This document shows, one piece after another, positions 1-14,200 of a stretch of 64,000 nt of DNA; the stretch's first letter is position 1, and the number at the start of each line of letters is the position of its first letter. The notes below the pieces were generated by a model, which searched no databases, had not been told where the DNA came from, and saw only the letters and a list, made by a program, of their open reading frames with translations. The DNA lies in NCBI GenBank assembly GCA_051294375.1, contig CM119270.1:6036027-6100026 (forward strand). The letters run 5' to 3'. Position numbers and translations under genes: made by a program. The DNA is from Paraspadella gotoi. Lineage: Eukaryota; Animalia; Chaetognatha.

Positions 1-218
1 CTAAGTTTTGAGCATTAGATGAACATTAGATGAACACAGAGGCAAACAGACAGACCAAAAGTTACTCTTCGCGGAACTAAAAAAAAATTGGCTTGTGAGG
101 ACCCAACGGAGGAAGATTTGAACATTACTTTAAAAAGGTCTGAAATTCCATAAAGTCTTTTTTTTTTTCTGACAATGATCTCAAAATGTAAAGAACTTTT
201 TTGGTTCTGACTTCTCAC

Positions 219-413
219 CGCGGATTTAAACATCGGCGATGGAACATCCGATCCATTCCAATAAACAATAAAGAGAATAAAGTCTTTTTCGTTGAAGTGA
301 TTTTTTTCGTTCCAAGTCCGCAAAGCGCATTCTCTCCCCGACGAAACCACGAACAAGAAAAGAGTCAGGAAGATGGTACAAAAGTTGGACATCTTAGCGA
401 CGGTGGGGGTCAT
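219..413 (-). CDS. First coding exon of a secreted/ER protein, possibly thioredoxin-fold (PDI-like); gene continues past the left edge
   Basis: ATG at 413; MTPTVAKMSNFCTIFLTLFLFVVSSG is a signal-peptide-like stretch, followed by RECALRTWNEKNHFNEKDFILFIVYWNGSDVPSPMFKSA and a GCG|GTGAGA donor at 219/218. The thioredoxin-like call is resemblance only (no CXXC). Confidence 0.5.
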
Positions 414-1853
414 TGTCGTCGTTTGTTATAATATCGGATGGTTCGTCTCGAGTTATTCGTCTATTGGGTAGTGGAGTGGCGTTAGAGAGTCTGGGTTTTC
501 AATGAAGTCAGATGCAACCACGATGTCGTTGGCTTCAGTCGATGCGGGTTTGAGCTCGCGACGGAACGGCCATTAATTTAATTTAAAAAAAAAAATGTTG
601 AACGCTTAGTCATGAATGGGATTGCGTTGATAAACGAGGAGCTCGCCCGGACCCAGTTTTTTTTTTTTAATCTTTAGTGCCTTTACCCTGCTCTTTACCC
701 TGCTCGACAACAAATGAAAAATTGAGGATTTTAAAGATTTTAAAGATGAAAAATTAGTTCTCGAATAGATCGACAATACAAGACTTTGCAAATAATTTGT
801 TGTTTTTTTTTACAAGGAAATTGTTTTGTCAGCCTTAAGACCAAAAAGAGCTAACGCGAATTTGGATTGTCCCCATTGTTCTGATAGTATGAACAAGCTA
901 CAAAGTGATACGCGAAGATACGAATCCAGAATCTGAGTCATGGTTTTATTATGAATTACAACCTCGATCCTCATCCTCCTCTTCCCCTCCCTCTCCCGAG
1001 GATCCGTCCTTTTTAGTCCACTCTCCGCGGTTCTCGAGTTCTACTAACTTCCTTCTTTTCTAATACTATTTCCGGCCAGGGACTTTCCCTCAATAAACAT
1101 TACCGTTGCGATATACGTCTTCTTCTTCAGACAACCATTTCAATTTGAGCCTTATCCTTCAATCTTTTTGACAGACTGGACTTACCTCCTTTCCTTATTT
1201 TCAATGAAGATCGCACAAAAATATCGACACACGATATTATAAAACAATCAAAAATCTTATTGCGCTTTGAGGAATTACAATTACGTCATGATCATTTTAC
1301 CAACAGGATCGGATCCTCAAATCAGTTTTTCATGGCTCGCCTTGCACTTTGTGGCGTTATCGTGAAGACAGGGAATTTCAACGAATCGATGACTCATCCC
1401 CACTTAACTCGATTCAGTTGGTTTTTCCCCTCGTTATTTACATTTTTACTATTTGTTGTTATTCTCCCTCATTTTTTCGAAATAAAACCCCAGATTTTTT
1501 TATTTATGTTGTCATTTTTCATTTTAACATCCAGTGCTCTTCTCCCGACATTCCAAAGTTTACAAAAAGCAAGGTCTACTCAAAATGATAATTCATAGCT
1601 GCTATTGTATTTTTAACTAGAATGATTGATATTTTATTAGAATTTAAAAACCTTTACGTGCAAAAGTAATAATTGTTTCTTTAAATTAATAGCCGGGGAC
1701 AAAAAACTAGGTTGAGTTTCTTTATTTGTAATCAATGAAAAATTGATAAAACAAAAAAAAACAAAAAATTTTCGACAGGCCGGATAGAGTCGAAGCCCGT
1801 ACGGATATTTCAAACTTTTAATGTCTAGAAAAATTTTTGAAATAAACTATAAT

Positions 1854-3449
1854 TTAAACATGATCACTTAAAATTTTAGAGAGAAACACTTTAAACTTTA
1901 ATCTATCAAATTCGTGTTTATGAAGATGCCGTTTCATGTTCCAACTCGACCAAGAAAAAAACTTACAATGACCACACTCGAAAATTTCATCCAAAGGACT
2001 TGAATGAGCATTGATTTTGTTTGCATCGTTATTAGGCATATGATCAGTATTTTCTACTTTCATTTTCTCCTCATCGACCATTTCGCAATGAAACTCGGTT
2101 TTTTCAACCGTTGGTTCTATATCATCCGGACTAACAGAGGTTAGAGTTGAGTCAGATTCAGTTATTTCTTCAGTCTCATCCGGGTTTTCATCAATCTCAT
2201 CCGGGTTTTCATCAATCTCATCCGAGCTTATATCCACGAAGTTAATAAATTTATGTCTTTTCCTCAGAGTTTTCAATCGTTCCGTTGATGGAGACTTTGA
2301 ATTTGATTCAGATTCAAGTTTCGATTTTTCTTCTTCTTCTTTGTCGTCGGTGCCTTCCTCCTTCCTCCTTTTCTGCCTTCTTAGTTTTTTTTTCTCCTTC
2401 CTAATTTCCAAACGTTTAACCAATTCCGGATTTTCTTTCCCTTTTCCATGAAAGATTATCAGATGACTTTGCAAGCTAGAAGGATAACCGGTTTTAAAGT
2501 TACAATACTGGCAAACGTGACTTAGAAGCTTTTTCCTCTGTTGATCTTTCTCTCTTTTAATTTTTAATCGTTCCATCAAACAAGTTTTTTCTTCTCCTTT
2601 TGTATGCATCATGATCCGATGAGTTTTTAGGCTCGAAGAGTAGGCCGACTTGAAGTCGCAATCATTGCAAGCGTATTTTTTAATCGTTTTATCGTGATCT
2701 ATTTTGTGCTTCTCTAATCTTTCCGGAAGATGAGTTGTATAGCCGCAAACCTCGCATGAATATTTGACTTGTAAACCCAGAGAGCAGTGAAAGTTTTCTC
2801 TTTCAAAAGTTACAATAAAAAAATAGAAGTAATAACAGGTGGACTTTAGTAAAAAAACACCAGTAAAAAAATTTGATGACAAAAAAATTTGCATTTCTGC
2901 ATTTTTGAAACCTTTCACTGTGCCCTACCTACCATCATCATTTTCTTTAGGCTTGTGCACCTTCACATGCTTAGTTAAATGAAATTTATGTTCTGTTTTA
3001 TAATTGCATTTGTCACAGGAGTATATTTTTCTCTTATCTCTAATCTCTTTCGGCTCGTGTCTCCATTTGTGCATCAAGAATTTCGACCGTTCGTGTCCTT
3101 TATAATCACAAACCTCGCAGAAATATTTGATGATTTTCTTTTTTATTTGTTTCTTTTCTTTATTCTCTTTTGGTTTTTTGGATTTTTTTATCCCGTGAGT
3201 TTCGAGGTGAGCATCCAGCCATGAATTCCAAACCGTTTTGAATTCACAAAAATCACAGGATAAAAACGGTCTCGTCTCCCCAGGAACGATCGGCCTTTGA
3301 CCCTTGGTAAGTTCCACAGAGTTTACGTTCGTTTGTTTGATATCATTTTGGTTTTCTTCCATTTTTAGCAAAGCGTTTTTCAACGGTTCCATGGCAACCG
3401 ATTCAAATGTTTCGAGTTCATTCTTGATTTCTGTTTTTAAGGGTTCCAT
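1854..3449 (-). CDS. C2H2 zinc-finger protein, 7 fingers, 2 coding exons (3449-2933, 2767-1854)
   Basis: ORFs 2925-3536 and 1854-2918 join in frame through a 165-nt phase-1 intron (G|GTAGGT ... TACAAG|TC). CxxC-x12-Hx3-4H motifs include CDFCEF..HLETH, CEVCDY..HKWRH, CDKCNY..HVKVH, CEVCGY..HKIDH, CNDCDF, CQYCNF and CGHCKF. Start MEPLKTEIKNE. Likely 5'UTR donor CTG|GTAAGC near 3781. Confidence 0.85.
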
Positions 3450-4544
3450 TTTGAGGGAGTGAGCTTTTGCCGGAAGAATAGATACAACAAAATTATGGAA
3501 AATAAATCTAAATAAAATAACCCGGAAAATGAGCAAGATAATATAACTTCATCTTCATTTTTGAGTAAAAATTTTCTAAGTTAAAATTGAAAAAGAGCAA
3601 TCGGCAATTTTAATTGAGCAAAATAAGAAAAACAAGCTTTTTCCCAGTGAAGAATATAAACAAACGTAGATTTCCATCACAAAGTACCAGCAGGCTTCCT
3701 CAGATTTTGAATAGCTAAAAGTTGAAGTGAAAATACTTGACTTGATCAAAATGCTTGTTTAACTAAACCGCGTCAGCTTACCAGATGCATTTTGTTACCT
3801 TGCCCTTGGCGACAGCGACGGCGGATTCAAACAACAATTCAGAATCTAAAAGTAAAACAAAATAAGTATTTTAAGACATGTTATTTAATTTAGTTCGATG
3901 GATAAAATTCAGATGAACTATCTCTTTAAATATTCTTATTTTTAAGCTGCTGTTCTCTCTTTTTCACATACCACTTTTAGATAACTATATCAATATTTTT
4001 CAGCCCATATTTCTTTAATTTTCTCTTTCGCTATCTTTTAATGATTATGAAGTTGTGATGCTTAAGCACATTCTTGTAGGCACCAAACAAAATTAAAACC
4101 TTTGACATGAAATATTAGATAATTTAATAATAAAACCAAAACATCAAATCAGGAGCAACGAAAACTGGCAAAATTGCAAGCAAAAAACCAAATCCTTTCG
4201 CAGACTTAGCAATCAAGGCGAGACAGTATTCATCATTAAACAAAAAAAATTATGATACGTTTGCGCCCAATGGTTCTTCGATGTACCAAGCAAATAGTTT
4301 TCATTAACTTTTCTTGAAAACAAATCGGAACAACCATACGAATATAACGAATAATCTTGATACGGGTGTGTTTGTGGCTTTAAAAGTTTGGAATATGCTT
4401 TTTTATTTAGTTGATGAGAAAACCTCTAGATTTTTTGTTCTTTTGTCAAGAAAACGAGACATAGATCGCGAAAAAATGCGATCAACTGTTCGATGCAACC
4501 AACCAGTCGATGCGATCAACGCTCTTCCATTCCTGAAACCGGCG

Positions 4545-7500
4545 TCAACTGTATCCGTAAAAGGTCGGTGCCCTGACTCCCGTGGGCGGAGGTTTTTCAT
4601 CAGATCCGGAGTTTCCGGCTCCCATGGTGGGTAGCCTGGAGTCAACCGACTGTTGAGGGGGCAAATGCGGCGACGCCATGGAGGAATTTGTGGCGCCGCT
4701 ACCCGCGGAAGGAGTCGGCAGACTAGCCGTTGCTCGTACCGCCGCCTTGGGAAGGGAGACCGGCGGGGGCTTGACGCCGGTGCCGGCCTTTCGCTCGATT
4801 TGTTGCTGCTGCTGCATCGTTTGTTGCAACTGAAGTATTTCCGTCCTGGTAGGAGGGATTTAGAAAGTTTTGCTAATCTTATTTTGGTGGGTCAACCTCT
4901 CGATCAATAGTTTTAACATTAATTTGTCTAATTTCATGATTTATCAATGCGTTTATATCTCCAACTACTACTTTTATTTCCTTTCGACTGAAACCCCAAG
5001 CCTCGCACCTGTGCCGCTGCGCCGCCGCTCTCGATTCTTCCAGCGTCGCCGCGTACTTCTCCTGCGCCTCCGCTACGGCCAATCGTGCTTCCTCGAGCTC
5101 GGACCGAAGGAGATCGTTGAGCTCCGAGTGGACGAGAAGATCGGCAGCGAGGAATGGGGAGGTAGAAGAAGAGGGAGAAAGAGCAAGGCTCTCCTTGAGG
5201 CGGGAGATCTCGGTAGAGAAAGTCTGAAGGAGAGGGATGAAGTTAAATTGCAAATTTGCTCAACATTTTTAGATGTCACAGTCAACCAGAATTAACGGCA
5301 TCTTTATATTAAATTTTCTATTCTAATTCGTGCTCAATTACCGATATATATCAAGCAATATAAAAATTATCCATTCATTTAATAAATAAGCTATCTTGCC
5401 CCTGACTTTGGGCAGGCTTTTGTGATTTAAAGCCTCCATCACTCTTACATAGCAGGTCAATCAAGCATTCAATCAAGACTCTCTCAATCTCGTTTATTCA
5501 CTCCCAGAGTACCTGGCTTCCCTATCAATGAAGTGGTATAATATTTAAAAGAATGTTTCACTTGTATGAAGACCACCAAACCACTAAACCACCTCCAAAC
5601 CAAAATTGAGTGAAGCAGTTTTTGAGACTTTCCCCCACCCACCTGCTGCAAATGTTCGTTCTTGGCCATGAGTTCCGAGTTGCGCCTCCGCGACTCGAGA
5701 AGCGCCGCTTTTTGAAGTTGGAATCTCTCTTCAAGGCCGTGGACTTTGTCGAGGGCGCGCTGGTAGTTGTGCTGACATTCCTATGGGAGGGAAAAAGTAA
5801 ATATTCAATCAATTATTTAATCAATCAATTGATTGATCGATCGACACCTGAAGCGCGTCGACAATCTCACTCAGCTCGTCCATCTTCGTCGTCGACGTCG
5901 TCGTCGTCGTCCCGATCGACTGCTTGAGAAGGTCAACTTCGTATCGCAATTCTAATTCGAAAGCACGACGCATCGTTTCCAGCATCGAGATCTGAAAGGT
6001 GATTCAGTGATGCGAAAATTCTTTAAATGTTCACGTTCCACTTTGTATCAAGCCTACTAATTCTTTATCTCTCACCTGATTCCTCTTCTCTTCCTGAGCG
6101 TCGGCGGCCAAAGTGGACTGGATGTGCTCCCACTCTTTCTTGTGCTGCTCGCGGAGAGACTCGAGGGCGCGGTGTTGGCAAGAGATCAAGCGGGTGAGGC
6201 CTTCGGTCGCCGTGTCTCGGACCTAGTGAGGTAAGGACATTGAGGTAAGGTTGCGTCCTAACACTCTGTCGTAAAATTCTAAACTTGTGGTGAATCCGTA
6301 TAGTTTGGAGAAAATCAGCTCGTCCCATTGGCTTGGACAGCTAAGTACTCGTTCACCAACTGTGAGTTCCTGGTTTAATCCCCTCACGGTCACGTGGGTT
6401 AAAGTGTGATGTTGTCGGCATAAACACGCCAGTGGTTACTGCATGTCCAAAGTCCAGAGCGCCAGCTGTACGGCGATGCCTCACACCCCGGGCATCACAC
6501 ATGTCTCCCCGTTGCCAGAAACTAAACATTATTTTAAAGCCAATGTTAACGACACAATTTTTTTTCTAAATTCCAATCTAATCTAATCATCGAAATTTAT
6601 TTTGACAAATTTATTTTAACAAAAAACTTAACAAAGTTTGATTACCATGAACAAAAAACTTATAAAAACCGCATATGACCCGCCGAAATACAGCGCGAAA
6701 CCACGATCGCTTCGCTAAATTCCAATATTGCCAAGCCAATGTCATATTAATGCGGACAATCTCGATTCATTTTTTTTCACTCGCTCACACGTCGTTTATA
6801 ACATTAACTTCGGACATCCATTCGACTCACATCCTCGGATTCGTTGTGATATCGTCTCCTCAGAGTTTCTTCGTTAATGGCGACGCGATTTTTTTCCGCG
6901 GCCGCGATCACGTGCATCATGTCCCGCTCTCGGCGGTCGGCGCCTCGAGAAAAAGGGGAAAATAAATAATAAAAATAATTTTAATTATTTGGATCGAAAA
7001 TTGCTTTAAACTTTTCATGCAAACTCGAAAAATAAAATCTCTTCTCTGCTATTAGCATGGAAAACAAAACTATGAAAACCGGTCGAGTTTTTCCAAAAAT
7101 TTCTCAGTTTTGTTAGCAGTATCAGAAAAGTCATTTTATTTTTTGACTTGGCAAGTTACCAGTCGGACTGGCGGCGGAATTCGCCGAAGCAACGACCGCC
7201 GCCGGCGTCGGCCATGCGGTCACCGCCACGGATGACGAACCCGCTTCGCCTGTCTCCTCGAGAATCGCCGTCACGGCGTCGATATTGCGCGAGAGGGCGC
7301 GATAGACGTCACTACGCGAATAAATTGGGGTCGATGAAAACGGAATGGGGCCGCATAGAAATTAAATCACGAAATGATATTTAATTTATACAAGGAGATC
7401 CACGGGTTATACATTTGTATTACATTTGTATTAGTTAGAAAATTCCAGAATTTTTTTTGTGATCGTCCTATAAAACAGATGACGTTACTTCATATATTAC

Positions 7501-10500
7501 AGTGCAAAAATTTATTCTTTAAATTATACATTTAAACATTTGCATTATTTTCGACCCGAGTATTAATTAACTATTATCTGTATGTACCGATTTGCTTGTT
7601 TTCGGACCAGCCTGAGTTACAAGAACAATTCAATGACACTGAAGGCACTTATATCGAACCTGTCGTAATAATCATCTTCATCCCCGAATTGACAGAGTTC
7701 CGCACGAAGCGACTCGAGTTGCGAACGGAAGGTCAAGCGTTCGTGGTAGAGGGTCTCCTTCAGCTGACGAGTCTCAGCCTTTGTCGCCTTATTTCAAATC
7801 AGGTGAAATCAATTTGAAACCATGTTTCTTAAAAATAACCTATCTTCATAAAAACTACTGTCATTGATCGAATCCCTGTAGTAGCATCTATTTCGCTGCT
7901 AAATCGATGTTAAACTAGAGTAAATAATTGTTTACTCACATTCACAACTCGTCAAGTTTTTAGTTTTATACTAGGTATATTTTTAATTATACATGAATAC
8001 TCCTTAAAAGTCTTTACTGGTGTAATCGTTATGCTACTAATGCTTGTAAAACTAAATTTGAAGAAGAACTCACAGAAAAAGTTTGATCGGTTTGGAAAGG
8101 CCCTTTTATGCATTTTTGACTATATTTTGGGATATTGAAGGCTAAACTGGGATAGGTGGGTGGTTATCGTAATATAAACAAATTGCATACATAATCACTT
8201 CCAAATAAATTTTAGTAAAAAAATACTTTTTTGTATGTCGATTTTTTTTTTTGAACGGGTCTTGAATGGAAGAAAATCTTTTGAAAATAGTATGGGAGGG
8301 AGAACTAAATGACGAAAATCTGAGAAGGAATGGAGAGAAGAGGACAAGGAAAAAAAAATTTTAAAAAAAGGATGAGAAAAATCATGGTAAATGGCTAAGA
8401 TAATTCTGGTGGAGCAAAAAATGGATGGCTGATAACCTTCTTTTTTCTCTTCATTATTTCTTAATCACTATTCTCGACTAAACTGAACTCATTAAATAAA
8501 AAACTGATGAATTACTCTTTTTAAAATCTGTAGAATTCTGTATCTTCAATCTTGCCTATATAATTAGCGCGTCTTAAATTGAAGAATTAGTGGCATTAAT
8601 TTTTAAAAGAAAATTTTAAAAGATTTTACTTTTCAAAACCATTTATATTATCAATAATGATTATAATCATCAGAAATTTTTTTCAGTATTTTAAAGTAAA
8701 AAAAAAAAACGGACTTCATCCCGCTTCATTACTCCCCCCCCCTCCTCAACGATCGAGCGATCCTAAGATCCAAAATGGCGGAAAAAGCGTCAAAATTCGA
8801 ATCGCGTATCGTTCAAAGTCGCGTCTTCATTCGTCACCGGTTCCTGTTTCACTTTATACTCGACGGGGTCCGAATCAACATAGTTCTGCTCTATGGTCCC
8901 GTCCGTCTGTCGCCTCCGCCGCCTTCCGGACACCGCGGGATCGAAGTGGGACTCGTCTCCCCACTCGGTCTTCACGGAATCCCCGCCGTCGTTGAAATCC
9001 ATCCGAAGACTTTCACATTTTAATTCGTGACTCAAAAGATGTTTTCTCAGGTGTCGCAAGGAGGTGGCTCTGTACCGACAGAGGTCGCAAGCGAATCTCT
9101 TTCTTTTTCCATTGGCGGATTTGGAGCCGTCCCTTTGTCGCTGGTGAATGATCAAGTGACGATTGAAATTGGACAAGTCCTCGGTCTGATAATCGCAAAC
9201 GCCGCACACGTGTTTTTTGTTGGGGACTAGAAGATGCTTCGGCTTGTGGACTTTCTTGTGTCGATGGAAGTTGGAACCGTCGAACGTTTCGTAGCTGCAC
9301 GAGCTGCAAGAGTATTTTTTCCGACCTACCCTCTCTTCCTTTGGTTGGTGCGTCAACAAGTGTCTCCTAAAATTGGAACAATCCATGGTAACGTATTCGC
9401 ACATTTGACATCCGTAGCCCAATCGAGTCTGGTTGTCCTCTTTCGGTTCGTGTTTCTTTTGATGTTTCTTGAATTCTTTGTATTCGATCGCTTCGAATTC
9501 GCAAACGGTGCATCTATACTTTTCAACCATATAGTCGTCTTCTGGTCGTTGGGAAGTTGAGCACTCTGGTTGGATCGATTCTGGTCCCTGATGAGTCTTT
9601 TTACTTTGACCTTTACCCTTTTTCGCCTCGTGCGTTTTTCTATGTTTTTCGAAATCCCCTTCGTCGATCGTTTCGAAATTGCAATCTTTGCATTCGAATC
9701 TCTTGACGGCGCCTTCTGACATGTGGGAGGCTTTGTGAGTTGCAAAACGTTGGGGGAAAGCTGTTTTGAAGTAACACAAGTCGCAGGAATAAGTGTTTTG
9801 GCTATCGTCAAAGCTCAATGGTTCGTGAGAATTTAAATGTTGTTCCAACGCGTCGAACGTCGTCGCCGTGAAGGGACACACGTCGCAGCGCATTTCGGCT
9901 CCGTATTCTGCGGACCCGAAGATCATGTTGTCAATGTCGAGCGGTTTAACTTTCGCCGGCTCCATCTTTGAGGGGGGGGGGTCCGAAATTCAAAGGAACC
10001 GATTGAAATTTTCACTTGAGAATTCGTGAGGATTTTTCTCTCTCTCACTATTTCAACTTTCGTGACTGGAGAGTTTGAATAATCCTCTTTTCAGTTTCGT
10101 GCTGTAAATACAGCAATTTCTTTCAGCTGTAAAAATCAAACGATAGAATTTCATTAATTTCAGCAGAACAAGATATTTATTTTTTTCATTCAAGAACCAG
10201 TTCTAAAATGAGGCTCAAATCAATAACCATAAATACCGTAAATAAACATTTGGCGATCAATTCGGTGATCCAGTACATGGTAGAAACGAGTTCATAGGAA
10301 ATTTATTGTAGTATCGGTGAGTTTCACATAAAAAATGTAAAAATTAAAGGCTGAGATGCCAAGTGGCCCAGGGCGGATCCTCGCTTGGATTGTTACTTTG
10401 TCTCTGACGACACCACCTCCTCTAGCGTCAGAAAATTAAATTTTGTTTTTCTGTTCTACTATTATTTAATACTAGATTATTACTATTTTTAGAGAATAAA

Positions 10501-11177
10501 AAAATATTTGAATAACCGAACAAAATATAATATGATTAACGAGTATAAAAATATTTTGCTGATATTATTTGGTGAACAGTATCATTAAATACTATATATT
10601 TATAATTTTATATATATCCTTATAAAATAGTAAAATTTAAAAAAAAAATATAAAATTTATATATATAAATATATAATATATTTATATATATTTATATTAT
10701 AAAAAAATATATAAATATATAATATATTTATATATATTTATATTATAAAAAAATATGCCATTTTCAGCATTAAAAAAGGAAAAAAAGGAAAATTTCATAT
10801 TTTTATTCTCTGTAATAAAACTATAAAATGCTATGTATAAATAATGTATAAATTTAGCCAAGTTGATCGATTTTGACAAAATTGATTAAGTTTTAAAAAA
10901 CACAAAATATTCTCTTAGATCTGAAATAGCGTTTTCGTCATTGAACTATATTTTTCCAAGTTTATCATTTATCTTTTTTAAAAATAGTTTTAAATTCCGA
11001 TGTTCTCATGTTTCCCCAGACTAGTAATTTTAAACGCGTGGGTAAAAAAAAAAGATCTTTGGCAGGAGCGAAGGTTGAGGTTCAATAGATAAAAGAGCTG
11101 AATTTTTTTTTATTTTCTTTGAGGGCAAACATTTTTTAAAATCGGATTTGATCGATTAGTTTCTTCTTTATTTTTTT

Positions 11178-11273
<96 letters not shown>

Positions 11274-14200
11274 TTTTAAAGTATAATTATTTATAGAAGG
11301 AGGCAAAACTGATAAAATGAAAAATAAAAAAAATATTTCTTCGTCATTATAGCATGAAAATAAATTTTCGAGCCGTATGGCATTTTGTTTTTATGAAAAA
11401 ACGAAAACGCACGAAAAATATTTTTTGTAGTGTAGCCTTTTTAACAAATTTAAAAAAAAACGAGACTGCTTTCAAACTAACTAATATAATATGTAATCTA
11501 CGTAAGCTTCTGCCGACGACGAAAAGCGTAAAGCGTTTCCACTCCACCAACCCCGCCAAAGGAATTTCGAGATTTTCTACCCGACACAACTCCCGCTGAC
11601 CCCCCCCCACTCCCGACCTCTCGATCAACTCACCTCCTCTTGCTCGTAGTTCTTCGCCGCCGCGAGCGCCACCATCATGTCCTTCTCCATCTGACTCAAT
11701 TCGGCGTCGTGGCGCCGCTTCTCCTCCGCCGCCGCCGCCTCCAACTCCTCCGCCCGCGCCGCCGCCGCCCGACGCTCTTCGAACCGCTCCTCGTTGATGT
11801 TTTTTTGGCGGAGTCGAGATTCGAGGAGGGCGACTTTGCGAGAAGGCGTTCCGATTCCGAGTCGAGGCTCCTGTTTCGTCGAAGAGAATTGGTTTAGAGA
11901 AATGAGATGAAATCTTACGGATTAGTGTAGAATCGACATTCGAAGTTTAGGAGGAAAAGTCGATGCTTTTGTTATTGCTTTTTTTTAAAGAGTTTTGTTT
12001 ATGGTTCTTCCTTTATTAGCGAGAGGCCGTGGAGAGAGGGGGGGGGAACTCAGAAGGATGCTGACGAGAGGAGATTGTGGACTGTTAAGGTTTTTTTCTT
12101 TATCCGTTAATTTACCAATAATCAGTGCAAAGACTAGAAACAAGGGACAAACTTGGTGGGGCCGATTTTCTTAGAAAATACATATGTATATATCCGCCAA
12201 CTTTTCTTAATCGACTGTGCGTCATCAGCTTAGCTTAGGTGAAATAAATATTTTTCTCTCTTACTGCAATATGCAAATTAGTTTTTAGGCCACAACTTCT
12301 ACCAACCTGAATCTTCTTGGCCTCTAACCGCGCGGTCTCTTCCCCCGAACATCTCGCCGTCGTTCTTGTCGCCTCCAACTCCTCATCGAAAGACGCTTTC
12401 AGCTGACGCACTTCCTCGTCGAAGGCCTGGCGAAGCCTCCCCAGCTGCTCCTCGTGCTGCAAACGCTGCCTCTCCAGCGCCAGGACTTTGTCGGCCTGAG
12501 AGAGGGATTCGCGGGCGAGGGCGTCGGCCAGAGCGGTGGGGGAGACGCTGTAATGGGGGAGGAGGAGGAGGAAGAGGAGGAGAGTTAAGAATATTTAAAC
12601 GGTTTTCGTTGTCGATGAGTTTTTCTGAGTGTAACTCAACGAAAGGTTTCTAAAAGGATTACAAAAAAAGTTTCTCTTTATATTATTCGAATTCTAGTTG
12701 AATACAACTAAACCGCCACGACGAGCTTTTTACCATGCCCATTCGGTGAAGGTTCGTACCTAACTGTTAGCCCTTGCGGTGAGGTGGCATCTATCTTGCC
12801 ATTACTAGCTGTTGTAACCACGACACAATCACAAATAAAGGGACCATTTAAAAATCTACTTCGTTTTCTTATCATCTTTAATTCTCACCATCCGTAAAGG
12901 TCTTCTCCAGCCACATCAATCCCCGCGCGGATAACATTCGAAACGGCATCGTTGGCGCCGGAATCTCTCGCCGACGCCGCTCTTCGTCTGGCGTCGGCGG
13001 CGTCGTCGAGTCGCGAAGCCAAAAGCTGAAGTTTGTCTTCGTCGGTGAGTTGATCGGCAAAGCCGGCGGCGGCTGTGGCGGCGGCTGTTGCAGCGGTTCC
13101 GGCAGCTGTTTCGGCGGCGGGGATTCCTGAATCATATTGAGAGATAATTTGAAGCGAGTGAGAGGAGAGGGAATTCGCCATGCCCATTATTGCCCCTCTG
13201 ACTGTTTGAATAGTAGTATGCCCAGTTGCCCATTGCCCAATTGCCCAATTGCCCAATGCCCAATTGCCCAATGGTTCCGTAAAATGACACCGATGGTTTA
13301 ATCTACCAGGAACATTCGGTTCCGAGATGAAGCTTGACCCCAGTGCACAATTTCGGTGCAGATGAATGGAAAAGTAATTTCCGTGGGTTAGTGAAATATA
13401 ATATATAAATACATTTTTGACATCATTTATCAAGTCAGTGTTCCCTTATTCAATTGTTCACTACTGCTCTTACCCGACTTCGGCTTTTGTCCGGCGGCAT
13501 CGGCTGCTGCGTCTGATGAGATTTTTGCGGAGAGGCGGCGCCATGCGACGTCGGCGGCGACGAAGCGAACGACGGCGCTGGCGATGATGGATACCACGGA
13601 TTCGATCTCTGAGGTGAAAGCGGCGCGTTCCTGAGAGAGAGGAGATGAATAATAAATTAATTGAATGAATAAATGAATGAATACAAAAAATAATGAATGA
13701 ATGAACGATTAAACGAATGAACGCTTGAATGAATGAATGAATGAGTGAGAAGAATGAAATGATTGAATTGAATGAAGAATGAATGAATGAATGAATGAAT
13801 GAATGAAAGAATGAAAGATGATGAATAATGAATGAATGAATGAATGAATGAATGAATGAATGAATGCCAAACAAACCTCTTGTCCGGGCAAAGGTTTTTT
13901 GACTCTCGTCAACTTCTCCTCCAATTTCTTCTCCACCGCCTCCGCCTCCGCCTCCGCCTCTGCCTCCAATCCTTCTCCACCCTCGACGATCCCCTCGACC
14001 ATAGACGCCGGGCGCCACCGAATCCGCGTCCGGCGTCGAACGGCGCTAAGTTCGCGGTCGAGGGCGCGCCGGAAGTGAACGGACGCTTCCTTGACACCGA
14101 TTCTGCTCGGTGGGAGAGAGGAGAGAAAGAGAAAATGAGAGGAAGAGAGAGAGAGAGAGAGAGAAATACAAAAAGATCGCCAGAAAGAACTGTGGTTTTG

